The translations under genes and the position numbers were made by a program. Shown here in pieces: positions 19,684-29,502 of a stretch of DNA of 64,000 bases (within the stretch, counting starts at the first letter, position 1; the number at the start of each line of letters is the position of its first letter). The DNA is taken from the NCBI GenBank assembly GCA_963809895.1, contig CAWELD010000003.1:1792001-1856000 (forward strand). The letters run 5' to 3'. This DNA is from an uncultured Gemmatimonadales bacterium (GTDB lineage: Bacteria > Gemmatimonadota > Gemmatimonadetes > Longimicrobiales > Gaopeijiaceae). Below the pieces are notes generated by a model that saw nothing but the letters and a program-made list of their open reading frames with translations, made no database searches and was not told where the DNA came from.

Positions 19684-20989
19684 CGTCTTCTCCTCCGGCG
19701 TGGGCTCCGGGGTCCGTGTCGGGATCCGGGCCGTGGTAGTCCATCCAGGCGTGGCGCATGTGGGTGATGCCGAGCTCCTCGAAGCGCCCCCGGGCCAGTC
19801 GGGCCAGCTCGGCGGCGGCGTCCTCCTCGCCCCGGCGCCGCTCGGCCTCCGCATACGCCTGTAGCGTCAGGGCCTCCTCCAGCGCCGGCAGCCCCCGCTG
19901 ACGCACGATCTCGAGGGCCTTCTCGAACAGCACCAGGGCATCGGGATTCCCCTCCGCCGCCGCGATGCGACCCAGCAGGCGGTAGACCTCCGGCAGCTTG
20001 CCGATCAAGCCGGCGGTCACCGCTTCCCGCTCGGCCTCACGGACACACTGGGCAGCCTCGAGGGCCCGGTCCCGAGCCAGGAGCGCCTCGGCCAGATTGA
20101 GCCGTATGGTCACGGTGGCCCGGGCCCCACGAGCGGCCTCCAACGCGCGCCGCAGGTGGGCCTCGGCGATGGCGAACTGCCCCCGCCCCATCTCCAGCTG
20201 ACCCCTCGCGTTGGCCAGGAACGGCTCGGCCGCGTCGTCGCCCAGCTCTCGGGCGGCCTCCTCGGCCCGGTCGAGCCAGGGCAGGCTCTCGTCGAGGGCA
20301 CCACGCGAGCGCAGTGCGATGTGGAGGTTGAGTAGCGCCTGCCACCGCTCGGGCCCCGGCTCCATCCCGGCCTCCAGGATCTCCAGCGCCACGCGGTACC
20401 AATGCTCGGCCTCGCTCCAGCGGCCCTGCTCCTCGAGAACGTTGCCTGCACCCACCGCCGCCTCGGCGGCGCCGCGAGGGTCGTCCAGCACCCGCGCCCG
20501 CCGGCAGGCCTCAGCGTAGCGCTGGCGCGCCCTGTCGAGCTGGCCCCGACGCCAGGCCGCGCGGGCGGAGCGACGAAGCGCCAAGGCGTGGGTGGGTCCG
20601 TGGGGGCCGTCCGCCACGGCCCTCACCGCGGCATCGGCCCACGCCTCCGCTCGAGCAGGCCGGTCTCGAGCTTCCTCCAGCGCGGCGGCTTGCAGGAAGA
20701 CCTCGGCGGCCCCGGCGCGGTCGCCCTTTTCCAATCGCGCCAGCGCTTCGCCCACCAGGCCGTAGAGCCGCACCAGGTGCAGCCGTTGATCCTCCACCAG
20801 CTCCGCCGCGGAATCCCGGAACACCGCGCCGGCGACGAAACGCTGTCCGACCGTGTCCAGGGCCCCGGACCCGGCCCAGACGCGATCGGGATCCGGCTCC
20901 GAGTGGGCCAGGAGCAGGTCGAGAACGGGACGGAGCTCCTCAAGGTCCGGGAGCACCTCCCGAAGCGCATCGAACTTCAGGTGCGTCAT
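19670..20989 (-). CDS. Tetratricopeptide repeat protein (cytoplasmic)
   Basis: TPR-like helices (GNVLEEQGRWSEAEHWY, ARGQLEMGRGQFAIAEAHL); no signal peptide. Confidence 0.85.
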   Translation of the reverse strand: MTHLKFDALREVLPDLEELRPVLDLLLAHSEPDPDRVWAGSGALDTVGQRFVAGAVFRDSAAELVEDQRLHLVRLYGLVGEALARLEKGDRAGAAEVFLQAAALEEARDRPARAEAWADAAVRAVADGPHGPTHALALRRSARAAWRRGQLDRARQRYAEACRRARVLDDPRGAAEAAVGAGNVLEEQGRWSEAEHWYRVALEILEAGMEPGPERWQALLNLHIALRSRGALDESLPWLDRAEEAARELGDDAAEPFLANARGQLEMGRGQFAIAEAHLRRALEAARGARATVTIRLNLAEALLARDRALEAAQCVREAEREAVTAGLIGKLPEVYRLLGRIAAAEGNPDALVLFEKALEIVRQRGLPALEEALTLQAYAEAERRRGEEDAAAELARLARGRFEELGITHMRHAWMDYHGPDPDTDPGAHAGGEDDGDA

Positions 20990-21200
20990 CGCGTCGCAGG
21001 GGCGAGGGGGAGCCCCACCGAGGTGGTGTGCGGCCTCGGGTGGTGCACGTCGCGTGCTCGCGCCCGGCCCCCCGGGCCGGTGGCCGGAATGCCGCACGGC
21101 GTGGCGCGATCCGGCCCGGAGGCCCCGGCGTGGCGACACGGGCCACCAGCACTCTTTCCGTGCAGCCGGGGGGTGGGTTCACCAGGAACGTGCCAACGCC

Positions 21201-22610
21201 TCACGAGCCACCCGCCTCGATACCGTAGTCCTGGACCTTGCGGGTCAGCGTGTTGCGGTGGATGCCCAGCACGGCGGCGGCATTGCCCATGTGGCCGCCC
21301 ACGTCGTCCAGGACGCGTCGGATGTGATCCGACTCCACCTCCTCCAGCGACAGGGTGGGCGGATACCCGCTCCCCGTCGCGGACTGGAGCGGGGACATGC
21401 GAGGCGTACCGGCGCCGAGACGCAGATCCCCCGAGCGGATGGTGCCGCCGTTGGCCAGCAGCACGGCCCGGTCCATGACGTTGCGCAGCTCGCGCACGTT
21501 CCCCGGCCAGGGGTGGGCTCGCAGCCTCCGGAGCGCTTCGACGGTGACCGACCGGACGGGTCGCTGGTAGCGACGCGCGAACCGGGCCGCGAAGTGCAGC
21601 GCCAGCTCGCGGACGTCCTCGTTGCGCTCGCGCAGGGGCGGCAGGACCAGCTCCACCACCGCCAGCCGATGGTAGAGGTCCTCGCGGAACTCCCCCTCGG
21701 CGATGCGCTCGTCCAGGAGCTGGTTGGTGGCGGCCACGATGCGCGCATCCACGGTCAGCGTTTCTTCGCCTCCCACGCGCTCGATGGTGCGCTCCTCCAG
21801 CGCTCTCAGGACCTTGGCCTGCAACACGGGACTCATGTCGCCGATCTCGTCCAGGAAGAGCGTGCCCCCTCGTGCTCGTTCGAAGCGGCCCACCCGACGG
21901 GCCACCGCCCCGGTGAAGGCCCCCTTCTCGTGCCCGAAGAGCTCCGACTCCAGGAGCTGCTCGGGGATGGCGGCACAGTTCACCGCCACGAAGGGGCCGT
22001 CGGCGCGATCACTGGCCCAGTGGAGGGCCCGCGCCATGAGCTCCTTGCCCGTCCCCGACTCGCCCGTGATGAGCACGGTGGCCGACGTGGGCGCGACCCG
22101 GGCGAGAACCTGGAGGCTCTCGGACAATCCCGGGCTGGAGCCGATCAGCGTGGGCGCACCCTCCCCGTCGTCGGCGATCTGTGGGAGCGCGACCTCGGGC
22201 CCTTCGGCGAGGACGCCCTGGAGACGGGACGCCAACTCCTCCTCGCGGAGCGGCTCGTGCAGGAGGGCCACGGCGCCCGCGCGTTCCATGAGGACCGCCC
22301 GTTCCAGCGAGATGCCCGGCGCCGACAGCATGAGTGCCCCGCAATGCTCCTCTTCCCCGACCCGCCGCGCCACGGACTCGTCGACCAGGTCCCGGGCCAG
22401 CGACAGCACCACGGCCACCCACGGATCGGCCCGCAGGCGCTCGAACAGAGCCCCCAGGGTGCCGACCTGTTCCACGGCGAGCCCGAGGGACTCGGCCACG
22501 CGGGCCAGTGCGTCGGACGGACCCGCGGGCGAGAAGGCGAGCACGCCGGGCGACGATGGAGCGCCGGGCGACGGACGAGCGGCGTGTGACGGACGAGAAG
22601 GCGGTGACAT
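21201..22610 (-). CDS. Sigma54-dependent Fis-family enhancer-binding protein with a degenerate receiver domain
   Basis: [29 protein letters not shown] and a Fis HTH (LGIHRNTL). The N-terminal REC-like fold lacks the Asp and Lys. Confidence 0.93.
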   Translation of the reverse strand: MSPPSRPSHAARPSPGAPSSPGVLAFSPAGPSDALARVAESLGLAVEQVGTLGALFERLRADPWVAVVLSLARDLVDESVARRVGEEEHCGALMLSAPGISLERAVLMERAGAVALLHEPLREEELASRLQGVLAEGPEVALPQIADDGEGAPTLIGSSPGLSESLQVLARVAPTSATVLITGESGTGKELMARALHWASDRADGPFVAVNCAAIPEQLLESELFGHEKGAFTGAVARRVGRFERARGGTLFLDEIGDMSPVLQAKVLRALEERTIERVGGEETLTVDARIVAATNQLLDERIAEGEFREDLYHRLAVVELVLPPLRERNEDVRELALHFAARFARRYQRPVRSVTVEALRRLRAHPWPGNVRELRNVMDRAVLLANGGTIRSGDLRLGAGTPRMSPLQSATGSGYPPTLSLEEVESDHIRRVLDDVGGHMGNAAAVLGIHRNTLTRKVQDYGIEAGGS

Positions 22611-22831
22611 ACCGTAAATGTGCAACGACGCGCGCCGCCTGCAAAGAATCGGGGCAACGGCGTCTCCGGGGACCGCAGCCTGCGCGGGACGAAGCCGGCG
22701 CCCCGCAGGAGGGGCGGCCAGCACACACCGGCCTTGAGTTCGCGGCAGGATTCGCGAGACTAGTGTGTGTTGCTGAAGGCCCGGTACCCTCCGCCGAGCA
22801 ATCCCACGACTCAGGCGCTGGACGGCGCTCC

Positions 22832-24214
22832 ATGGACCAGGCGCTCTTCTACCACCGGTTCCACTTCGCCTTCACGGTCTCGTACCACTACCTGTTTCCG
22901 CAGCTCACCATGGGGCTGGCGCTCCTCATCGTGATCCTGCAGGGGATGGGCCTGAAGACCGGAGACCGGCGCTACGACGAGGCGGCGGTCTTCTGGGCGA
23001 AGATCTTCGGACTCTCCTTCGTCATGGGGGTCGTGACGGGGATCCCCATGGAGTTCCAGTTCGGGACCAACTGGGCTCGGTTCTCGGAAGCCACCGGCGG
23101 GGTCATCGGTCAGACCCTCGCCATGGAAGGGGTGTTCGCCTTCTTCCTTGAGTCCTCGTTCCTCGCCCTCTTCCTGTTCGGGCGCAAACGCCTGGGCCCC
23201 AGGAGGCATTTCGCCTCGGCGGTGGCCGTCTTCGTGGGCTCCTGGGTGTCGGGCTTCTTCATCGTGGCCACCAACGCCTTCATGCAGCATCCCCAGGGAT
23301 TCGAGATCGACGCCCAGGGGAACATGGTCCTGACCAGCCTGTGGGGCCTGATCGGCAATCCGTGGCTCGTGTGGCAGTATCCGCACACCATGGCCGGTGC
23401 CGTGGTCACCGGCTCCTTCGTCGTGGCGGCGGTAGGCGCCTACTACGTGCTGGTGGACGGGGGCGAGAGCGACGGATCCTCGGAGGATGGGTCGCCGGCG
23501 GACGAGTCCGGGGCCCACGTGTCACGGGCGGAATACGGACGGGTCTTCCTGCGGCTCGCCGTGCCCTTGGGCCTGGTGGCGGCAGTGTTCATGGCGTTTC
23601 CCAGCGGCGACCGGCAGGCCGCGGCGGTGGCCGAGCACCAGCCACCGAGCTTCGCCGGCATGGAAGGCCTGTTCCACGGCGACGAGGGGGCGCCCCTGGC
23701 CCTGATCGGGCAGCCCGACATGGACCAGCTCCGGCTGGACAATCCCATCGAGCTCCCCGGGGTGCTCAGCTTCCTCACGCACCGCCGCTGGGACGCGCGC
23801 ATCGACGGCCTGACGGCGTTTCCGCGCGAGCAGTGGCCCGACAACGTGCCCCTGCTGTACTACGCCTATCACATCATGGTGGGACTCGGGACCATCTTCA
23901 TCGCCGTCATGGCACTGGCGGCGCTTCTGCTCTGGCGCCGCAGGCTCTTCGACAGTCGCCCCGTGCTCTGGCTCGTGATGCTGCTCGCGCCCTTCCCGTT
24001 CATCGCCAACACGACGGGATGGATGACGGCCGAGCTGGGGCGGCAGCCGTGGGTGGTCTACGGGCTGCTCCGCACCAGCGAGGGCTACTCGCGGACGGTG
24101 ACGCCGGGCAACACCCTCTTCACCCTCATCGGCTTCATGGGCCTCTATCTCGTGCTGGGGGTCCTCTTCCTCTTCCTGGCGCAGCGGGAGATCAGCCACG
24201 GACCGGAGGCCTGA
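22832..24214 (+). CDS. cydA: Cytochrome bd ubiquinol oxidase subunit I
   Basis: [25 protein letters not shown]…[23 protein letters not shown]. Confidence 0.96.
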   Translation: MDQALFYHRFHFAFTVSYHYLFPQLTMGLALLIVILQGMGLKTGDRRYDEAAVFWAKIFGLSFVMGVVTGIPMEFQFGTNWARFSEATGGVIGQTLAMEGVFAFFLESSFLALFLFGRKRLGPRRHFASAVAVFVGSWVSGFFIVATNAFMQHPQGFEIDAQGNMVLTSLWGLIGNPWLVWQYPHTMAGAVVTGSFVVAAVGAYYVLVDGGESDGSSEDGSPADESGAHVSRAEYGRVFLRLAVPLGLVAAVFMAFPSGDRQAAAVAEHQPPSFAGMEGLFHGDEGAPLALIGQPDMDQLRLDNPIELPGVLSFLTHRRWDARIDGLTAFPREQWPDNVPLLYYAYHIMVGLGTIFIAVMALAALLLWRRRLFDSRPVLWLVMLLAPFPFIANTTGWMTAELGRQPWVVYGLLRTSEGYSRTVTPGNTLFTLIGFMGLYLVLGVLFLFLAQREISHGPEA

Positions 24215-24215
24215 C

Positions 24216-25259
24216 ATGGAAACCATCTGGTTCTGGCTCGTCGCGGCGCTTCTCACCATGTACGTCGTGCTGGACGGCTTCGACCTCGGAGCCGGCGCCA
24301 TCTACCTCCTGGTGGCGCGCGAAGATGCCGAGCGACGTTCGGTGCTCAAGAGCATCGGGCCCGTGTGGGATGCCAACGAGGTGTGGCTGCTGGCGGCGGG
24401 GGGATCGCTGGTGCTGGCCTTCCCCAAGCTCTACGCCTCGAGCTTCAGCGGATTCTACCTGCCGCTCATGATGGTGCTCTGGCTCCTGATCCTGCGTGCC
24501 ATCGCCATCGAGTTCCGGAATCACCTCGAGGACCCGGTGTGGCGCCCCTTCTGGGACGTGACCTTCTGCGCTGCCAGCCTCCTGCTGACGATCTTCCTGG
24601 GCGCGGCGCTCGGGAACGTGGTGCGAGGCGTGCCGCTGGCCGCCGACGGCTATTTCTTCTCGCCCCTGTGGACGACCTTCACCACGAGCGGCGACCGCAT
24701 GGGGATCCTGGACTGGTTCACCGTGAGCGTGGGCGTCACGAGTCTCCTCGCGCTGGCACACCACGGCGCGCTGTGGGTGGCCCTGAAGACGCACGATCCC
24801 GTGAGCGCGCGTGCGAAGGCGGTGGCCGGATGGACGTGGCCGCTCCTGCTGGTGGCGGTGATCGTCGTGACGGCCTTCACCTTCCGCGTACAGACCCACG
24901 TGCCCGGACGACTGGAGTCCCAGCCCCTGGGCTACGCCTTCCCGATCCTGGCGCTGGGCGGGCTGGGAGCGAGCTTCTGGATGCGGCGCGCGGGCCGCGA
25001 GCGGGCGGCGTTCATCGGGTCGATCGTGTTCCTGGTCGGCATGCTCCTGTCGGTGTCGTTCGGGTTGTATCCCATCGTGTTGCCGGCCACCAACGACCCC
25101 AACCTGTCGCTCACCGTGTTCAACTCCGGAGGTGGGCATCACGGGCGTTGGATCGCGCTGTTCTGGTGGATCCCGGGCATGATGCTGGTGGCCGGGTACA
25201 CGGCTTTCATCTATCGACGCTCCGCGGGCAAGGTGTCGCTGGAGGACGGCGGATACTGA
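24216..25259 (+). CDS. cydB: Cytochrome bd ubiquinol oxidase subunit II
   Basis: VLDGFDLGAG, GPVWDANEVWL; follows cydA. Confidence 0.96.
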   Translation: METIWFWLVAALLTMYVVLDGFDLGAGAIYLLVAREDAERRSVLKSIGPVWDANEVWLLAAGGSLVLAFPKLYASSFSGFYLPLMMVLWLLILRAIAIEFRNHLEDPVWRPFWDVTFCAASLLLTIFLGAALGNVVRGVPLAADGYFFSPLWTTFTTSGDRMGILDWFTVSVGVTSLLALAHHGALWVALKTHDPVSARAKAVAGWTWPLLLVAVIVVTAFTFRVQTHVPGRLESQPLGYAFPILALGGLGASFWMRRAGRERAAFIGSIVFLVGMLLSVSFGLYPIVLPATNDPNLSLTVFNSGGGHHGRWIALFWWIPGMMLVAGYTAFIYRRSAGKVSLEDGGY

Positions 25260-25762
25260 GGACCTCGGGACGCGCTCCCGGCGCCGGGAGCGTCGCTGCG
25301 TTTCAGCTGAAACGTCGCGGGGTCGTAGCTGCCCGGCTCGGTGCGGAAGGTCACCGCCAGGCGGTTCCAACCGTTGATGACGATCACGGCCATGGTGAGG
25401 TCGACGAGCTCGGCCTCGTCGAAGTGGGCGCTGGCCTCGTCGAAGAGGACGTCGGGCACGCCGTCCTCGCCCATCTCGGTGACGGCTTCGGTCCAGGCCA
25501 GCGCCGCGCGCTCCCGGGCCGAGAAGAACGGCGTCTCCCGCCACACGGGAACGGCGTACAGGCGTTGCTCCGTCTCGCCGGCCAGCCGGGCGTCCTTCGT
25601 GTGCATGTCCACGCAGTAGGCGCAGCCGTTCATGTAGGATGCCCGTAGCTTCACGAGGTGCAGCAGCGCGTGCGGAAGGCCACTGCGGCGAACGTAGCGC
25701 TCCACGCCGGCCATGACCTTCACGGCTTCGGGGGCGGCGGTAGCATAGTCGATGCGTTTCAT
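25211..25762 (-). CDS. Carboxymuconolactone decarboxylase / AhpD-like protein
   Basis: LRASYMNGCAYCVDMH, FSARERAALAWTE, INGWNRL; divergent from ECF41. Confidence 0.92.
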   Translation of the reverse strand: MKRIDYATAAPEAVKVMAGVERYVRRSGLPHALLHLVKLRASYMNGCAYCVDMHTKDARLAGETEQRLYAVPVWRETPFFSARERAALAWTEAVTEMGEDGVPDVLFDEASAHFDEAELVDLTMAVIVINGWNRLAVTFRTEPGSYDPATFQLKRSDAPGAGSASRGPQYPPSSSDTLPAERR

Positions 25763-25811
25763 GGGTCTCGGCTCCGGATCGGAGGATTCGGCATTGTCGT
25801 CCACCCTCTCA

Positions 25812-25837
25812 GACGGACGGGCGGACGCCGCGTGACA
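25812..25837 (-). promoter_or_regulatory. ECF41-type promoter for the CMD gene
   Basis: Minus strand TGTCACG-N15-CGTC, against the ECF41 consensus TGTCACA-N16-CGTC. Confidence 0.7.
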
Positions 25838-25880
25838 GGGGGCGCCGGCGAGGGGGGATTCGACTCCGGCCGAGGTGGTC

Positions 25881-25907
25881 GGTCACAGAGACGGGCCCTC
25901 GCCCGTC
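25881..25907 (+). promoter_or_regulatory. ECF41-type promoter for the ECF gene itself
   Basis: GGTCACA-N16-CGTC upstream of the ECF start. Confidence 0.6.
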
Positions 25908-25957
25908 CCTGATGGTGACGACAGCATCCACCACGTCCCGACACGGGAGCGACCAGG

Positions 25958-26927
25958 GTGAACAGTCGATCCGAGCGCAGCGAGATCTTCGAGAGGCACC
26001 GGCCGCGCCTCATGGGCATCGCCTACCGCATGCTCGCCTCCGCCGAGGACGCCGAGGACCTCGTGCAGGAGACCTACGTGCGCTGGCATGGCGCCGATCG
26101 TGGGCGAGATCCAGACCCCCGAGGCCTGGCTGGTGGCCGTGGTGACCCGGCTCTCCATCGACCGGCTGCGGCGGGCCTCCACCGAGCGGGAGACCTACGA
26201 CGGCCCCTGGCTCCCCGAGCCGCTCACCCGCGACCCCTTTCCGCCCGCCGACCGCAGAGCCGAGATGGCCTCGGATCTCTCCATGGCCTTCCTGGTCATG
26301 CTGGAACGCCTCGCACCGGAAGAGCGGGCGGCCTTCCTGCTCCGTGAGGTGTTCGGCGAGGACTACGGCACCCTGGCCCGGGTCCTGGACCGGAGCGAGG
26401 TGGCGTGCCGGAAGATGGTGCAGCGGGCCCGGGAGCGGGTGCGCCGGGATCGGCCGCGCTTCGGGGTCCCCACCGAGGCTCGGGAGCGTCTCGTCGACCA
26501 GTTCCTCGAGGCCCTGGAACGGCAGGACGAAGCGGCTCTCCTCGCGCTGGTCGCCCCCGACGTCAGCTTCACCAGCGACGGCGGGGGGCGGGTTGCGGCG
26601 GCGCGCAACGTCATCCGGGGGGAGTCGCGCATCGTGCGCTTCCTCCTGGGACTGCAGTCCAAATGGATGGACCGCGTGCGCCACGAGAAGGCCTGGGTCA
26701 ACGGCGAGCCCGCCGTGCTCACCTTCGCCGCCGGCAGGCTCTTCGCCGTCACCACCATCGACACCGACGGCGAGCGGGTGCGGGCGTTCTACCGGGTGCT
26801 GAACCCCGACAAGCTGGGGCGGTTGGGGGGCGGTACCGGAGCGCTCCATCGTCGGCCGCCACCTGACGCTCGTGCTTCGCTGCGACCCGGCGGCGGCAGA
26901 CGTGGGACTTCCGCCGCTCACCTCTGA
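25958..26927 (+). CDS. ECF41 (SigJ-like) sigma factor with SnoaL-like C-terminal extension; split by a +1 frameshift at ~26102-26104
   Basis: FERHRPRLMGIAYRML…AEDLVQE in one frame; WLPEP, DGGGR and NPDKL in the next. Removing one G from GGG fuses them. Confidence 0.9.
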
Positions 26928-27528
26928 GGCCCGTGCGTCGGCCTACTGGGGATGGAATCTCCCAGGAACAGAAGGCGAGGAAGACCGCGAACAGGATGGT
27001 GGGTGGCAGGAGCACATCCAGCTCGGGAGCAGCCGTTCCCAGTGTGAGGGTTCCCCGCCAGCGGAGCGCGCCGCCCTCGTTCCGGGCCGTGAGGATCACG
27101 GGCCCGCCGGGGTGCGACAGCTTGTAGTGGGCGCCGCGGAACCCCGCCTGTCGCCAGTCCAGGAGCACACCGGACGGCATGCGGACGCGACGTCGGCGAA
27201 AGGCGACCTTGTCGCCGATGAACATGGGCACCCGCGTGCTCTCCACCCCGAATGCGCGGCACCGCTTCCGGCCCCATCCCTCGGCGACGAAGGTCCAGCG
27301 AGCGCGGGTGGTCGAGGCCTCGACGGTGCGACCGAGGAACCCCTGCGGAAGGAGGCGGCCGAGGACGGCATCGCCGTCAGCGACCTCGATGGGGATCTGG
27401 CCGATCCCCCGGGGCCTGCGTCGCCACTGAAGCTCGACGCCGGCCTTCAGGCGACCGGGCTTCCAATCGGCGAGGGCGATGACCGAAGCATCTGTTCGTC
27501 GGCGCGCGACGGGCGGAAGAAACAGCAT
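26749..27528 (-). CDS. Hypothetical protein (beta-rich, C-terminal hydrophobic helix); 3' end uncertain
   Basis: Only plausible ORF in the gap; its last ~60 codons overlap the ECF41 gene. Confidence 0.4.
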   Translation of the reverse strand: MLFLPPVARRRTDASVIALADWKPGRLKAGVELQWRRRPRGIGQIPIEVADGDAVLGRLLPQGFLGRTVEASTTRARWTFVAEGWGRKRCRAFGVESTRVPMFIGDKVAFRRRRVRMPSGVLLDWRQAGFRGAHYKLSHPGGPVILTARNEGGALRWRGTLTLGTAAPELDVLLPPTILFAVFLAFCSWEIPSPVGRRTGLRGERRKSHVCRRRVAAKHERQVAADDGALRYRPPTAPACRGSAPGRTPAPARRRCRWW

Positions 27529-27568
27529 GCCGACCAACGTGCCGCACGGCACCGGCGTCGGTCAAACG

Positions 27569-28183
27569 TCAGACGCCCCCGATCGGACCCGTCTCTCGCG
27601 CTCCCGGTCGCGTCACAGCGGCGACCTCCACGGTCACCGAGTCGCCGAGGAAGTTCGGTATGACCGTATGCCGCCAGTCCGTGCCCAGGTCGAAGTCCTT
27701 CCGGTTCAGGACGACGCGGGCGTGGATACCGACCACCGGACGTCCCTCGACTTCCGTCGTGCCAGTCAGGGTGAAGGGGAGGTCGATGTTTCGGGTGATC
27801 CCCTTGATCGTAAGAGGCCCTTCCGCCGTGTAGCCGGAGTCGGTCCGTTCGATTCGCTCGCTCCGGAAGGTGGCGACGGGCATCCGGGTCACGTCGAAGA
27901 AGGTCGCCCCACGCAGGTCCTCGTCTCGATCGTCGTTGTGTGTGTCGATACTGGCCACCCGCACGGTGACATCGAGGTGGGAGCTCGTGATGTCCGCGTC
28001 GTCGTAGGCGATCTCGACATCGTAGTCGGAGAAGGTGCCACGAACCTGGGACAGTCCGCCGATGATCGGCACGGTGAAGCCGAGTTCGGAGTGGTTGCGG
28101 TCCACCTGCAGGGTCCACCGGGAGGAGGAACCGGACCAGACGGCGGACACACCAAAGGTCAGGAGAAGGATTGCAGATCTCAT
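27569..28183 (-). CDS. YceI family (lipid/polyisoprenoid-binding) secreted protein
   Basis: VDRNHSELGF, VRGTF, SIDTHNDDRDEDLRG…FFD, GPLTIKGITR, LNRKDF. Confidence 0.92.
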   Translation of the reverse strand: MRSAILLLTFGVSAVWSGSSSRWTLQVDRNHSELGFTVPIIGGLSQVRGTFSDYDVEIAYDDADITSSHLDVTVRVASIDTHNDDRDEDLRGATFFDVTRMPVATFRSERIERTDSGYTAEGPLTIKGITRNIDLPFTLTGTTEVEGRPVVGIHARVVLNRKDFDLGTDWRHTVIPNFLGDSVTVEVAAVTRPGARETGPIGGV

Positions 28184-28325
28184 CGTGGATCCCCCCGGCA
28201 TGGACAAACGCTGACGTCGCATCCGAACGCTACTCGGGGCGCGATCCCCGACTCAACGGGGCGGGGGTCAATTTCCGGTCAAGATCCTGCAAACCTCGGT
28301 GACAGACCCGCAAAACCCAGGTCGT

Positions 28326-28841
28326 TCACAGCCTCAGCGCCATCTCGTCCAGATCCGGATAGATCGGCCCACCCGCCTCGGGGCGCTCCTGGCCCTTGAG
28401 GAGGCGAATCACCCGGTCCCGGGGGATCTCGAAGGCCTCGGCGATGGAGTCGAGGATGCCGGGCTCCTCGACGTAGGTTGCGCGCAGCTCCACTACATCG
28501 GCATCGGTGAAGCCGTCGGAGGCCGGCTCGCCCCCGTCGGCGGGAGGTGGAGCGGGCTGTGCCGTCACGGGGGGCCCGGGAGCGGCCGGCGGCATCTTTC
28601 GTACGGGCTCCTCCGGCAGTCCGAAGAGCTCCATGAGCGAGCCCCGACGCACCTCGCGCGGCTTGCCCGGCCGCGCCCAGTCCGGAACCTCGTCGGTGGC
28701 GAAGATGCGCCAGTGGGCCAGGCCCTCGACCTCGTCGGGTGCGATGCCGTAGCGACGCGCGATGGCGACCGTCGACTCTTCGGTCGTCCAATACGCCTTG
28801 CGAACGGCCATGCGGCCGGAGCGTGACAGATCTCTCAGCAT
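28326..28841 (-). CDS. Hypothetical protein with two HTH-like motifs
   Basis: STVAIARRYGIAPDEV and LDSIAEAFEIPRDRVIRLLKG, separated by a Pro-rich linker. Confidence 0.6.
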   Translation of the reverse strand: MLRDLSRSGRMAVRKAYWTTEESTVAIARRYGIAPDEVEGLAHWRIFATDEVPDWARPGKPREVRRGSLMELFGLPEEPVRKMPPAAPGPPVTAQPAPPPADGGEPASDGFTDADVVELRATYVEEPGILDSIAEAFEIPRDRVIRLLKGQERPEAGGPIYPDLDEMALRL

Positions 28842-28959
28842 CGGGGGGCTGGTGCCGGGAAACGTCGAGAGGTGCGGCGGGCGGCGGGATACCGCGCCAT
28901 GCGCTGAATGGCAGATAATGAAATGCCACCGCGGGCGAGGATCAAGACGCCGCCCTGGA

Positions 28960-29502
28960 TCAGGCGGACATGCCCGCCAGGTCGTCGGCGAGGCTCAGGG
29001 TGAATTCAGCCAACGCCTGGAGCTGCTCCACGCTCTCGATTTCATCGTTGCGCCCGGCCAGCGAGGCCGCGAGCCGGCGACCCCGCACCTGAACGTCCAC
29101 GTCGTACCCCAGGGACGGGGGCCGATGACGCGACCGATCCGGCCTGGCGAGATCACTGCCGGCGCTCACGATGCACACGGTCCACTGACGAGCGTCTCCC
29201 TCGGTGGTTCGTGTACCCTGGAGGAAGAGACAGATTCGGCGGCGTCCGGCCTCGCCCGACACGACACTGGACGGGAGCCGGGGGGCTCCCGAGGCGTAGC
29301 GGAAGCGCGCGAACCCTTCGAAGCCCTCCGCCAGCGATTGGGCCGTCCCGTCGTCCTCGGCCAGATACCGCCATCCGCGCCTCTCGGCCAGCTCCTGGAA
29401 CGGTCGTGCCCGCTCCCGCTGCTGTTTTCGCGCAGCGACCACGAAGGCCACCACCAGGAGGACCAGCCCCAACAAGCCGAGCGGCGCCAGAACGTCGATC
29501 AC
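28960..29502 (-). CDS. Hypothetical protein with an N-terminal membrane anchor
   Basis: N-terminal TM helix, then LAERRGWRY; GTG overlaps the upstream stop (GTGA). Confidence 0.7.
   Translation of the reverse strand: MIDVLAPLGLLGLVLLVVAFVVAARKQQRERARPFQELAERRGWRYLAEDDGTAQSLAEGFEGFARFRYASGAPRLPSSVVSGEAGRRRICLFLQGTRTTEGDARQWTVCIVSAGSDLARPDRSRHRPPSLGYDVDVQVRGRRLAASLAGRNDEIESVEQLQALAEFTLSLADDLAGMSA

Noticed and set aside
20986..21204. 72-aa ORF overlapping both the activator stop (GTGA) and the TPR start (ATGA)
   Set aside because: The double coupling is curious, but the composition is shadow-like (P/R/G/A-rich) with no motif; it cannot be supported without homologs or ribosome data.
25211..25259. 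Convergent 49-nt overlap of the CMD gene and cydB as antisense regulation
   Set aside because: Stop-codon drift in GC-rich DNA explains it; the extra tail is low complexity.
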